A stretch of 64,000 nucleotides of DNA from Psammoneis japonica (taxonomy: Eukaryota): positions 124,001 through 188,000 of the forward strand of contig QPGO01000047.1 in the NCBI GenBank assembly GCA_008632985.1, in the 5' to 3' direction. Made by a program: the position numbers and the translations under genes. Shown here piece after piece: positions 1 through 11,999 of this stretch. The first letter of the stretch is position 1. Each line of letters starts with the position of its first letter. The notes beneath the pieces are model-generated. The model saw only the letters and a list, made by a program, of their open reading frames with translations, had not been told where the DNA came from and ran no database searches.

Positions 1-723
1 CAGCTGATAAATGCTTGTTTTATTGAGTCCTTTCCGCCCGAATGCTATGACACGGACGGTGTTGAATGCACTCGTGGCTTGTACGCAACTGAGCTTGCCT
101 ATTGCTTATTTGCACTTGTGCTGGCATGTTTGCTTGTCGCACTTGTCAATACCTTTCTCGTATATTGGACGGTAAGACAGCTGACAAGGAAGTGCGACCG
201 ACGTGCTTCAAGAAGGAATTCCCATGTTGGTGATCAAATGTTCCGTCGCGAGAGACGTGTCGGCGTTCAAGCATGCCTATATATGCTAGCTTACTTGAGT
301 ACCTCCTTATGGATTTTAAGTTCTTCTCTTGTTTATGAGCTTGCTGTCAATTCAGGAGCAAAGCCGGGAAACGGGCTCTATGCTTACCAGTGCCTCTGGG
401 TTTTCTTTGTGGCGCTTCAAGGCTTCCTCAACTTCTTTGTTTATATTCGACCCCGCTATCTTCAATGGAATGAAAGCCATTCAGAAAAGTCGCGACTTCG
501 GGCTTTGCGAAAAGCAATGTTTGACGTAAACCCACCCCCAACCGCTATTTCTAGCCGCCGAACTAGTTCTCCCCCGTTGCACACCAGTCGAGCTTCGTCG
601 TCATCTGGAATGAAGCGCGGCACTTCTTCATTCAAGAAGGGACAAAGTAGACCTCTTTCATTAAAGATGGAACCAACTGTAACAACGAATGCGCCTATTG
701 AGAAGAAACAAGAGGAATGTTGA
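1..723 (+). CDS. GPCR-like 7TM protein (cAMP-receptor/Git3-like), 5' end outside window; paralog of 3089-4282
   Basis: Frame is open from base 1 (QLINACFIESFPPECYDTDGVECTRG). TM7 motif LQGFLNFFVYIRPRY. Aligns by eye with the 3089-4282 protein. Confidence 0.8.
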   Translation, partial: QLINACFIESFPPECYDTDGVECTRGLYATELAYCLFALVLACLLVALVNTFLVYWTVRQLTRKCDRRASRRNSHVGDQMFRRERRVGVQACLYMLAYLSTSLWILSSSLVYELAVNSGAKPGNGLYAYQCLWVFFVALQGFLNFFVYIRPRYLQWNESHSEKSRLRALRKAMFDVNPPPTAISSRRTSSPPLHTSRASSSSGMKRGTSSFKKGQSRPLSLKMEPTVTTNAPIEKKQEEC

Positions 724-1137
724 GGGCCAGTGCATCCATCTATCAATTGGCATGACGAACAGCTTGTTCGACTCCATGCTTATAGTTGGTAATGTTCAGC
801 TCGTCTATTTCAATTTCTGCGATTGCGAGAAAGAAAGATGCACGGACGAGCGATGGACTGAAAAAAGGAAACAAAGAAGTACGAAAGAGCAATCGAGTGC
901 TGAGTACAGAAGTATACTGGTTGCGCCAAGTGGCGTGAAGAATGCAATATAGTTATTACAGTGTAAATCAAAATGTAGGTGACAGTTGTTACCTACACCC
1001 TATAGAGACAAAAACCAAACTAATAATGCTAACGTTTCACAAAACAGAAAAAGTGCCATTAACCATGAAGAACATCAACCATGAAGTACGTACGGTATTG
1101 AGCGTTCTCGTCAATACAAAAATCGTAGCCTGTCATC

Positions 1138-2735
1138 TCAAAAGAGCTCTCGCAAGCTGAAAAAGGTCCCAACCAATCCCACAACGATTCCAATAATCAA
1201 AAAGGACCACGCCAACAACGAAAATCCCTTGAGCTTGAGACAAAAGAGACCCGGCAAGATAAAGGCAATCACGGTGCCCATGCAACAGCCCACCAAATCC
1301 AAAACGACGCCCAAGGACGGGGCCTTGATGGCCAAAAAGGTTGTAACGACCCACAAGAGAGTTGTGAGCATGACATGAAAGGAAAAAATGAGTTGATTGA
1401 CATCCACCAACCACCAAGTATCCGCCGGAAGCAGCAACTTTGATTCCACGTCACCCGTTACAATTGCAGTGCTTTTCGTGGTGGACAGAAAGACGACAAT
1501 CATTTCTCGACAGCTAAAGAATGGGAGAGGATACGTAAACATCATTACAAAACAAAGCAACAGCTTTGCCAAATCAATAGCTTTGGTTTGTGGGTATGCC
1601 TCAAACACGTCATCAGGTGTTTGATCCCAAAAGGTAATGTAAATAACAATACCAATGGTTAGCGAGAGAACGGCAGCCAACAGTATCGTCCACGTCGACA
1701 CGGCCTCCCAACTCTTGACGCTTCGAATGTCGGAGCGAAGAGAATTATACGTCAAGTGGACAGTATGCTGCGAGACAAAGTTAAACACAAAGGTCCCGAG
1801 ACTGTAATTGAAAACAGTTTGAGAGATTAGAATCAACAACGACAAGACTGCACGGCTTTCGGTATCAGAGCATGACTTACCTCTCGACAAACCCGGGCTT
1901 GACTTGTAGCCAATTCTCCGAGAAGGTACCGCCTTGAACTCGAACGTCGCCATTCGGATTGTCAATGTACATGAACAATGCAATCAGAATAATGCCTACG
2001 ACTGCACCAATCTTGACTGTCGATACCTTTTCAAGGCGTGCCATGTGCCGGAGCATGCAGAGCGGCAAAACCACAATTGCGCTAATCAGAAATGTCACCA
2101 AGCCGACATTGCCCAAGAAGGATTGTAGCATCGTCGTGTCGCTGCCGCTATTCTCTGACGCAATGTTTGTTCCGTAGATAAAATGGTGAATGGCTGGAGA
2201 AAAGTTATCCTTGATAATCACACTGTAGGCAACGAGTGACCCAAAGGAGTAAACGAACTTGGAGATGACAACAGCCATTTGACCCGAGTATCCAAATGCG
2301 GTGGCTCCAAGTTGCTCATAAGAACTCGGTGAAGACCCTTCCGACTCTACCGCGAGTGATACAACCATGTCAAAGGAATATTTCGACAAGACTGCAAACA
2401 AGAGAACAGTGGCGATGGACAAGAGACCACCTGAATTTGCAATTGCTCCGCCGAGGCCAATTGCTCCGGCCGCGACGATGCTGTTGGTCAGATTGAAAAC
2501 TGCTCCCTTTACTGTTGATCCACGTGGCTTACTTTCTGTTTTTAGAGATAACGAATACGTTACAAAGCGATGGTCAGTGGAGTCCGAACAACACTGGTGT
2601 TTGCTTCAATCATGATTTCTCAACACACTCACCTCGGTAGGACTCTTGCTCGTTCTCTCGGATAAAGGTCGTACGCCGCAACAACGGAGTGAGTTCCGCA
2701 GGGAAGAAATCGTCGTCATCATCGTCAGTCGGCAT
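1138..2735 (-). CDS. Amino acid transporter, AAAP/SLC38 (Aa_trans) family, 3 exons
   Basis: Splicing GT-AG introns at about 2632-2536 and 1880-1802 gives MPTDDDD...GAVFNLTNSIVAAGAIGLG...SYEQLG..AFG...YPLPFFSCRE. Many hydrophobic segments. Confidence 0.88.
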
Positions 2736-3088
2736 GCTCCCAAACACAAGTAGGACATGCCTTGCGAATCAATCCATCAAGTTGTTGTTGTGGTTGCCAA
2801 CTGCCAAGGGACGGAACTGTGTAAACTTAGATCTTCTCACTTTATTTTTGGAATTTTGCGAGGCGGGCATGCGCGTGTCGTAGTGACGTTTGCTTCAAGT
2901 TACAGTAGAAGTCATAGGAGCTCTCTTGCTAGAGTAGGGCCTAGGGCTAGTGCTGCTTCCTTGACATCGCTTACTATCGATGCATTCATTCTGGAATTCC
3001 CTCTCAGATTAGATTTGCATCAAACATCACACCGTGTCATCAATGATGCTGTCAACTGGAGCAACAAACACGACAATAGATCGCGACA

Positions 3089-4282
3089 ATGGCACTTACT
3101 TACGCAACGGACGCTCACTACATTGGATTGACTGTGTGTCTCAGTGTATCAGCAGTCCTTTCTTTGACTGGTGATGCATGCATTATTTACAGGATTGTGA
3201 AAGGGAAGAAGATCGATAAACTATACCATCGCTTGATGTTGGCAATCTCGATTTCAGACATCGTGTTCACACTGGCCGCGTTGCTGAGTCCATACATGAT
3301 GCCGTCAGTGACAGGCATTGTTACCGCTAGGGGAAACACTGCGTCATGCTCGGCATTTGCGGCGTTTATTATTGCTGGAGTTCTTGCCGTTAGCTCCTAC
3401 TGCAGTCAGCTCAGTTGCTACTATCGTCTCATGATCAGACATGGATACAGTGAGGAGACGTTGGCACGGCGCTTTGAAAAACCCGCTCATTTGGTGACAT
3501 TTCTCATCATCATTGTCTTTGTATCTGTCTGTCTGGCTTTGGAAGGGTTTAACCCAAATAAGCTGAGAAACGCGTGCTTTATTGAGTACCTGCCGCAGGA
3601 CTGCTTTGATAACGACAGTGTTGAATGCACTCGTGGCTTGTACGCAATTGAGCTGGCCCATTGTTTAGCTGCACTTGTCCTGGCATATTTGCTTGTTGCA
3701 CTTGTCAATACCTTTCTTGTATATTGGACGGTAAGGCAGTTTACAAGGAAGTGCGACCGACGTGCTTCAAGGAGGAATTCCCATGTTGGTGATCAAATGT
3801 TCCGTCGCGAGAGACGTGTCGCCGTTCAAGCATGCCTATATATGCTAGCTTACTTGAATACCTTCTTGTGGGTTGCGAGCACTGCTTTTGTTTATTCTCT
3901 TGTGGTCCCTTCGGGAGAAAAGCCGGGAAATGGAATCTATGCTTACCATTGCCTCTGGGTTTTCTTTGTGCTGCTTCAAGGCTTCCTCAACTTCTTTGTC
4001 TATATTCGACCCCGCTATCTTCAATGGAATGAGAACCATTCAGAGAAGTCTTGGCTTTGGGCTTTGCGAAAAGCAGTGTTTGACGTGAACCCACCTCCAA
4101 CCGCCATTTCTAGCCGCCGAACTAGTTCTCCTCCGTTGCACACCAGTCGAGCTTCGTCGTCATCTGGAATGAAGCGCGGCACTTCTTCATTCAAGAAGGG
4201 ACAAAGTATACCTCCTTCATTCAAGAGGGAACAAAGTGTGACAACAAATGTGTCTGTTGAGAAGGAACAAGAGGAATGTTGA
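3089..4282 (+). CDS. GPCR-like 7TM protein (cAMP-receptor/Git3-like)
   Basis: 397-aa intronless ORF with seven hydrophobic segments and motifs YHRLMLAISISD, GNTASC, C..DSVECTRG, LQGFLNFFVYIRP typical of diatom GPCR-like proteins. Confidence 0.85.
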   Translation: MALTYATDAHYIGLTVCLSVSAVLSLTGDACIIYRIVKGKKIDKLYHRLMLAISISDIVFTLAALLSPYMMPSVTGIVTARGNTASCSAFAAFIIAGVLAVSSYCSQLSCYYRLMIRHGYSEETLARRFEKPAHLVTFLIIIVFVSVCLALEGFNPNKLRNACFIEYLPQDCFDNDSVECTRGLYAIELAHCLAALVLAYLLVALVNTFLVYWTVRQFTRKCDRRASRRNSHVGDQMFRRERRVAVQACLYMLAYLNTFLWVASTAFVYSLVVPSGEKPGNGIYAYHCLWVFFVLLQGFLNFFVYIRPRYLQWNENHSEKSWLWALRKAVFDVNPPPTAISSRRTSSPPLHTSRASSSSGMKRGTSSFKKGQSIPPSFKREQSVTTNVSVEKEQEEC

Positions 4283-6269
4283 GGTCCAGTACATCCATCT
4301 ATAAATTGGCATGACGGACAGCTTGTTAGACTCCATGCTCATAGCAGGTACTTATTTTCACGTCATCTGTTTCAATTTCTGCGATTGAGTGAAACAAAGA
4401 CGCACAGATGAGCGATGGAGTGAAGCAAGACTGATCGATTCGTGCAAGGGAAACAAAGGCGTACGAAAAAGCAATGGAGTGAAAGCAAAAATGAGCGACA
4501 ATGTCAATTTTGCGCCAAGCGTTCTGACGCAATCGAGTGAAGCAAGAATGATCGATTCGGGTATCGACTGGCCTAACGATATCATTATTACTGGCTTCTA
4601 TAGACTTGTTGGTTGAGCACAAGTGATAACAATCTGAAACTTCTGGTGAGGCTCCGTCTCATTAAAGTGACGGGACCTACAATTGCGAGTGGAAAACAAT
4701 GTTGTTCAAGTTCTTTGACGAAATAAAGAAAATGGCTAGCACGGACTTGAGTAACCCCATCGGGATTACTACGCTCGCCTGTGCTGTTTGGTCGAGGCAC
4801 GGCGATACATGTGACTAAATTGGAAATCGTCGCTCCTGGCCGAAATGAGAAAAGATGAATATACGCAAGGGCTGAAGCCAAGAAGGAAAGCGAGAGACTG
4901 CGACGCAAGTGGTCGACCAGGTGCTTTCACAATGTGGTGGAAGATTTCTGACCTAGAGTGCATCCAGGGGCGCGGACGGCGTCTTTGCTTATGAAAATGT
5001 CGGATTTCGAAAGGCGTTATACAAGTAGCGTTCTCATGTGCTTCGCGATAAAAGAAAGCTGCTCCAAGTTGTGGCATGTCGAAACTGGCAGGTACGTTTC
5101 AATTCCGGATGTCATTTGTTGTCACGAGAATATACCGAGACGATTCTAGAACAAATTATTCCAGTCTTGTAGCGAGCTGCTATCCCGTTGATATTGCTCA
5201 CTCAAACTGTGCCACTGACGAAACGCGTCTCTTCCCCTCGGAACAGGGAGAACACAGGCAAATCATGGTTGCACCGGTGCAGAGTGCTTTCTTGGACTAG
5301 ATGTCAGAAGACGTGTGCTGCCGTTTGTTAACAGAAGACCTACATGATGCCTCTCCAGTCGAGGAGGAGCTACTACTGCAGCTGCAGTCTTTGTACTCGA
5401 ATCTCGAATCCCTTCGTTTTGCGGCCTGCAACGCCCTTCAACGCAGCTTGGAGAGCAAGAGAAGGAACGGCAAATGTTGCCTGAAGCTGAAAAGATTGCA
5501 GTGCTGTTGGATTTGTTTGGCACGACGATCATATTGGCATCGCACAAAGAAGCAGAAATAGACCAACAACACGACAAGGCTTCAATTTCGACGAGACATG
5601 CGAATCCCGAGGCCAAAGATGCGCGCTAGTAGCTGCAAAATCAAAATGCTGCCATGAAGAGTATTCCCATGCGATGCTAGAAGCTTTTCTTCGTTATGGA
5701 GATTGTGACGCCAAGGTAAATCTTATGTGCAACTTGATTGTGGATTCATTCTACTTCTTCTCAATGTCCTGTTCGCACACAGATTGGTTTTTCCATGGTG
5801 TGCCTCAGACCGGTTTGTGCACTGTTGGGAGTGCCGCCAAAGGGTGTTTGGTAGAGAAAAATGTCTCCTACCCATGACGATTGATGGTGCCTTGCGAGAC
5901 GACATGGTTGCTCTTGAAACTGGTCTTGCCTACGTTCTTCCTTACAGCGAAGTTGCTGGACGACACAATCTCGGGAGGCATCATGTCTCAAACAAGCGTG
6001 GGGCACACAAATGAAAGCTTGGTTATTATGTGTCATCCTGTCGATAGTTTGTCCATACAGCCACGATAAAAGCAGTGCCGGGCCTTGAATCGGCGTCACC
6101 ATTCGTTTGGGACTCGTGTCGGAGGAAAAGTTCTCGCAGCACCAGCCACAGCAGGTCTACGGCAACACAATCCACAATGTCAAGATGAGTTTTTGCACGC
6201 TCAAAACAAAAACATAATATGAATTATAGACCCAATGCATTGGCTGATTTGTCTTTTTTTAGTTTATAG

Positions 6270-6930
6270 ATGGTGGGCTTCCGAAACGGCATCGGCTTGC
6301 ACATTCCTGATGCGAGCCTGAAATGTCGATTTCTCTTCCGATGGCGTTGAAGCAACAGAACCAATTTCCGAAGCGGCTTCCGTCTTATCTGAACACGTTC
6401 ACATGTGACTTGAGGGCCTGAATTTTTTCTCTTCCACTCATCCAGACAAACAGTCTCAACTGCATTCCATGAGAGTGGGCTTCTGAATCGGCATCGGCTT
6501 GCACGTTTCTGATGCGAGTTTCTCTTCCGCTGGTGTTGAAGCAACATAACCGGCTTCTCCAAAGTGGCTTCCATTTCATCTGAACACGTTCACATGTCAC
6601 TTGCGGGCCTGAATTCTGTCTCTTCCACCTGTTCAGACAAACAGTCTCAACTGCATTCCACGAGAGTGGGCTTCTGAACTGGCACCTGCTTGCACGTTTC
6701 TGATGCCAGCCTTGATTTCTCTTTTGCCAGTGTCAAACAACAAAACCAACTTCTGAAGCAACTCATTCCACCTCAGGCCTGAAATTGATCTCTTTCTCTT
6801 CCGTCCATCTTGAGAAACAGTCTTGACCACATTCCATGAGAGTGGGCTTCTGAAAAGCATCGGCTCAAATGTTCTCTTCCGCTGGTGTTGAAGCAACACA
6901 ACCAACACTTCCAAAGTGGCTTCCAACTCA
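6270..6930. repeat. Degenerate tandem repeat, about 180-200 bp unit, about 4 copies
   Basis: Motif gtgggcttc(c/t)gaa..ggca.c.gct recurs near 6273, 6475, 6666 and 6842. Confidence 0.8.
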
Positions 6931-7599
6931 TTGTCTCTTTGACCCATCTTGAAAAACAGTCTCTTGACTTCTTCCAAACAACTGGCACAAAACTGCAATG
7001 CTGTCAATGTGCAAGAAAGCAAAAGTGCAATGAGTGGATGAACAAATGCCACATGGAAAGAGAAAAAGCAACAACACCATCATTTCAACAACACACACTC
7101 ACCCTGCATTGCTTTGTTGCTGGCAAGTTGGCTGGCCAATTGCACCAAAAACACCCAAACAATGACAAATTGAGGATTGGCTCCTGTCATCATCACCAGA
7201 ACCACCAGCACATTAAGTCTTCTGAGTTGCTTTGTGCAAAAAAGACACTGTGTGAGATGATGCAAGCATGGGTGATGGACAAAATCATTTGGTCCAAAGG
7301 TGTGAGCTGTTTAGACTCTGCTCCACAGTGGAGCATGCACAAAACCTTTTTTTTTAACCCACCTTTGTTCACAGACCATTCCACCACCAAGAAGACAAAA
7401 TGTCACCATGTTGTGGACACAATGAGGAGAGTTAAATCTTCCAATGCCACAGATTGCCAGATGTTGCTGTGAATTGGCTGCGCCCAACACCAGAAGATTT
7501 GATTGTTTGTTGTCCAAATGATGTCAAGCCAAAGAGACAACACACTGGCCCCACCAACAATGATGATGCAATGCCAAACCAACATGAACAAGCACAAAC

Positions 7600-8090
7600 A
7601 GAAAGAAACAGAATGAGTGTGTGCATTTTTGTGTTTTTTTACACAGCAATTGCAATGACACACTCACACCTTTTTTGCAATGCTGCTGCTCTTTGTTCTT
7701 TCAGAATCCAAAGAGAAAATGACCCATTGCCATCCAGAAGAGCTGTGGTGTCCTTTGGGAGCAGTTGAAAAAAGCAAGAAAAGAAACAGAATGAGTGCGC
7801 ATTCACACATTTTGCACAGCAATTCCAACAACACACTTTCCCTTTTTCACCCCACCAATGATGCTGCTCTTTGTTCTTCCAAAGCTTCAAAGAGAAAAAA
7901 AAGCATCACCGTCTGCACAAGCTGTTGTGTCCTTTTGTGGCAAAGGCAGAAAAGAAACAGAATGAATGATCATTCATGTGTTTCACACATCAACTCTGAT
8001 GACATGCTCATGCCTTTTTTCCCAAGAACACTGCTGCTCTTCATTCTTCCAAAGTTTCAAAGAGAAACAAAGCCATCAACTTGGAGACCC
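7600..8090. repeat. Degenerate tandem repeat, about 175 bp unit, 3 copies
   Basis: aaagaaacagaatga...tgctgctct...caaagagaaa starts near 7602, 7780 and 7951. Confidence 0.8.
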
Positions 8091-9884
8091 CAAACTGCAA
8101 ATGATGCTGCAGCTGATGGAGTGAGCTGCAAGAACCTGCTGGAGCATCTCCATGTCTCCCATGAATGACGCCATTCCATGTCAAGTGAGTGACTTCTGTT
8201 TTCGAGTTGAGCTCATAAAACCATTCCATTTTCATCAGTCATCCAACTGCGCACTTTGTTGGATCAACAGAGACAGCATCATCAATCACCAATGCTGCAA
8301 CATCACAAGCAGAGATGATCTGCAAAACAATGTGGATGCCAGCAAGAGATGTGGACACAGAAACATGCAACAGCCTCAAAGTGACACTTGCCGAGTGAAT
8401 CATGTTCTCTCACAATTGCTCTGCACATGTTGCTTGCACCTTGTGCCACTTTTGGTTCATTGCCACTTTTGGCTTGCTCAAAAAAATGAATGAGTGATGC
8501 AGTGATGAGCAATGAGCAAGATTTGGATTGTCAGCTTTGCTTGGCGCCTGTGGTGCTGCACACGCAGAAACCATGACCCTGTGACAACAAAGGAGCAACA
8601 AGTGTCTTCATCACCACAGGTGGCGCAAATCCAATCAAAGTTCAGGTTGGGTTTCCTTGGTGAGAGGATCTCAAATCCAGCCCCAAATGGATTTGCACCA
8701 CCTTCGGTCTCATGAAGTTAAATGCGTGAACACCCATCTCCAAGAGTGTCACATTTGGTGCAACCAACTGGCCAACCCGCCCACTGAGCACAGTCTGTTG
8801 AGCTCATGGTCAAGAGAGAAGCACAAGCAATGCTTGCTTGTGCTTGACATGTTCAAGTCAACAGCCAAATTATGAGCGAACCGAAGGCAGCACTGATTTG
8901 AGCATCGGCAGATTGCCTCTCAGTGCCTGAAAGGTTTTTTGGGTGTGCAGTTGTGAAGAGCCTGCAAAGAATGGAAGGGAACAGCAGAAGGAGGCACAGC
9001 AGCAGCTGCAGTGATGGTGGAATAGAATGGAGTAAATGCAGTGGATGTGCGGTGTTTGGTTCAAGGGACAGGGAACGTAGGAGCAGGAAAAGTTGAGGCG
9101 AATCGAAGGGCATGCACAGAAAGATGGAGGAGGACTGCATTGCAGCTGAGAGCCTGAAGAGCCCATTGGGATGGAGAGGCAGTGTGGAAGGTGCTGCCAA
9201 AGTGGTCAGAGGACAGGCAACACCATGCAGAATCAGCCAATGGAAGGAGAGCAGACAGAGAGGACAAGGCGTGGAGAAAGGCGGAGTGGGAAGGGTCAGA
9301 GTGCCGAAAGTCAGAGGGAGAGGACCAAGGGGGCTTGGGTTGAGACCGGACGGATGTGAATGTAGAGCCAAAGAGGAGGCAATGAGCAAAGAAGCCAAGA
9401 CCACCGAGGTGATCAACGGTGAAAGGGAGAAGGAAGACGCCGTCATTGTTGAGCGAAGAAACAACAAGGGAGCCATCAGCAGAGGAGGGGAAGGGCCAAG
9501 AAACTTCCCGAACACAGATTTATGTTTATATTTAGTTTTTCAATTTTATTTATTCAATGCATTCATGATAACGGATTCTTGCTATCAGGAAATACAATTA
9601 GCAACGGAAACAAAAATGAATAGAGTAGTCAACACTGTAGGTTATTGTCTTCCGTTTGGAAATTTCGAATTCTGACAGCTGACATAGTGGTCGAGATTTT
9701 CAGCGTTACGGCGTGCATTATTTGGCCATGACCCATGACCATGTGCAGCGCACAGCTCAAGCAACAAGCAAACGGGGCTTTCGGCTTTTCGTGCACGGCA
9801 TACTGTTACTTTCTCTGAGTCATCCCCCCTGAGACGCGCCAGTACTGTATACAGTACGTACATACTTGACGGTCCATCACAAGA

Positions 9885-10961
9885 ATGAGAGATGCCACTC
9901 TAGGAGCGCTTGTACTTGTGCTGGGCGCAACGCTTGGTTACATTGCAGTCATGGTGGTGTGGTTGCCAATCCATAGCACCAAAACGACAAACGCAGCTAC
10001 AATTCTCCAGAAGATGACTCGACATGCTGACTTCCCAATGATGGACTGTGATGAAGTTGCACAGAATCTAGAAAACGACATGTACTCTTGGCAAGAAATC
10101 AACTCCATTCGTCGCCACGTTGTCTTACACGAGCCCGAGTGCTTTTCAAGGTTGTTTTCCATCTTTTCATACAAATTTCGAGCACGAATCCAACAACGAC
10201 GTCGGTACTATTATTTGCATATACCCAAAGCGGCAGGGACCTCCTTGTGTCAATCCATGCGATTACACAATTTCACAACTCCCGACTATTCCAATTGCAA
10301 TTATTACAGCTTGAGACCATACTGGTGTTGCGCTGCAACAAGGTCGCTTCATGCCGTGTCTTGTGAGGCCTTGACGGCAATTCACTACACGTTTGTCGCC
10401 AATGAACGATGGATGGATTACGAAAACAACGCGGTATCCTTTTGCAAGGATTGGATCTACATGATTTCCATACGTGAACCCCTCGAGAGACTGGCGTCGC
10501 ACTTGACCATGTGGTACAATGTGTTTGACACTCACACGCTCTTTTCACAAGACGAGCGAATGAAACGGTTGGATATTATAAAGCGCAACTACATGACGTG
10601 GAGTCTTGTCAGTGGCAACACAGCTGATCCTACCAGTTTTCGAGCACAAGCGGAGCATTTGGAACTGGCCAAGGCGACCCTGAGTCAATTTGATTTCATC
10701 CTTGACATCTTTTCTAAAGAGAAGTCTTCAAGAATGGTGTCATGTCAAGAGCAGCTTTGGAATTACATGGGTATTACAAGGGATACGTCTTTAAGAAACA
10801 ACACAATGCGTCATGGTTCGAAACGTATGGAAGGAAAGCTCGGCACCGACTTGAAGTCCATGAATGCAGTGGATGTCGAGTTGTACAAGTACGGTCAAGA
10901 ATTAATTCAAGCCGACTGCAAATTCTTCCAGCTGATGACAGACACGGACTCTAGAGAGTAA
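9885..10961 (+). CDS. Type II membrane sulfotransferase-like protein
   Basis: N-terminal TM anchor. PAPS-binding motifs YLHIPKAAGTS (5'PSB) and ISIREPLERLAS (3'PB). C-terminal N..D..LY. Confidence 0.8.
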   Translation: MRDATLGALVLVLGATLGYIAVMVVWLPIHSTKTTNAATILQKMTRHADFPMMDCDEVAQNLENDMYSWQEINSIRRHVVLHEPECFSRLFSIFSYKFRARIQQRRRYYYLHIPKAAGTSLCQSMRLHNFTTPDYSNCNYYSLRPYWCCAATRSLHAVSCEALTAIHYTFVANERWMDYENNAVSFCKDWIYMISIREPLERLASHLTMWYNVFDTHTLFSQDERMKRLDIIKRNYMTWSLVSGNTADPTSFRAQAEHLELAKATLSQFDFILDIFSKEKSSRMVSCQEQLWNYMGITRDTSLRNNTMRHGSKRMEGKLGTDLKSMNAVDVELYKYGQELIQADCKFFQLMTDTDSRE

Positions 10962-11999
10962 ATGGATGGAATGAATACGATAACCAAAAACACAAGCAGG
11001 AAAATACCGGAGGGACAAACAGAAACGCAGATACGGCTGCAAGGTGGCCACAAGCAAGAAAAGGACAAGGTAAAGACTGCTCCGGGCTTCTAGGCGAGCA
11101 AGTTGTCGTTAGATTGAAAATGGCGAAAAGTAATGATGGTAAGATGGCACTCGCCAAGGATGCATCGATTGGAATTGTTTTTGTTTGAAACGAAAAAAAT
11201 GATACAATAAAGCTACCATCACCCCGTGTTCCAAGCTCCTATCTAGAATGGACTCTCGACTAAAAAAAGGATGAGTTCAACTCTCAAAAACAACAAGGAA
11301 ACGAACAGGCCCAAACGCTAAGTCTCCATTTTTTCGAACCAGGTTCGCCAATAGCAGCGACTGCAGGATTCTCGTTGCTCGAAAATTGAAGTGGAGAAAA
11401 AGGACAGAGGTGGCCCAAGAATTCTGCCATTGGGCTTTATCGATCCATTCTGCTGTTGCTGTGATAGAGTGGTACTACACGAGTACGTGGATCACACAGT
11501 CAGCATCCTATGGAAAGCATGAAATACCGTCAAATCCAATCCAACGCTCTGCCTAGATTACGTGCAGATTGTTTTCGCGGCCTGTAAGGGTGGGTCGATT
11601 GGTATTCCAGAATTGTCTTTGCTATGAAGAGTCCTTTGCTGGGGTCTCAATCTTATGTTTTGGTTCTTTTGATAGTTCGCGACACGTGTACTCAATGTAT
11701 TCAAGTCGGTAGGCGCTTCAATACGACGCGGGAAAGCGGAGGTGACGGCGGCACTTGCAGGATGGCTGTGGTTTGCGGTTCAACGAACAACGGCATTCGA
11801 TTGTTGTGCTCTGAAGAGTACACGACGCGATGCTTTGCCGGTGAACTTTATTGATTCCCCATCATGAATGAAAGGACGCTTCCTAGTAAAATTGGAGCAA
11901 CGCAGTGTCCGTGATGGGGGACCTCCATCCATTCTCGCCTTTTGTTATTGTGTGGAGTGGCATTTCAATCCCATACCTTCTTTTTGTATTTCAGGTGCA

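Larger units (their letters stand above)
6270..9520. other. TpA-depleted and CpG-depleted repeat/relic block 1
   Basis: About 10 TA between 6275 and 9020 by manual count, all in TTA or TAA context. Contains tandem repeats and Tyr-poor relic ORFs. Confidence 0.9.

Noticed and set aside
5263..6102. Possible gene fragments
   Set aside because: Short, frame-broken and without a recognisable motif, so I cannot support a call.
6270..8090. Tandem repeats as a CRISPR-like array
   Set aside because: Units are 175-200 bp and diverge along their whole length. There is no constant repeat with unique spacers, no cas genes, and the context is eukaryotic.
8853..9675. Long ORFs 8853-9515 (-) and 9112-9675 (+) as genes
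   Set aside because: Low-complexity purine/pyrimidine-skewed DNA with few stops and no recognisable domain.
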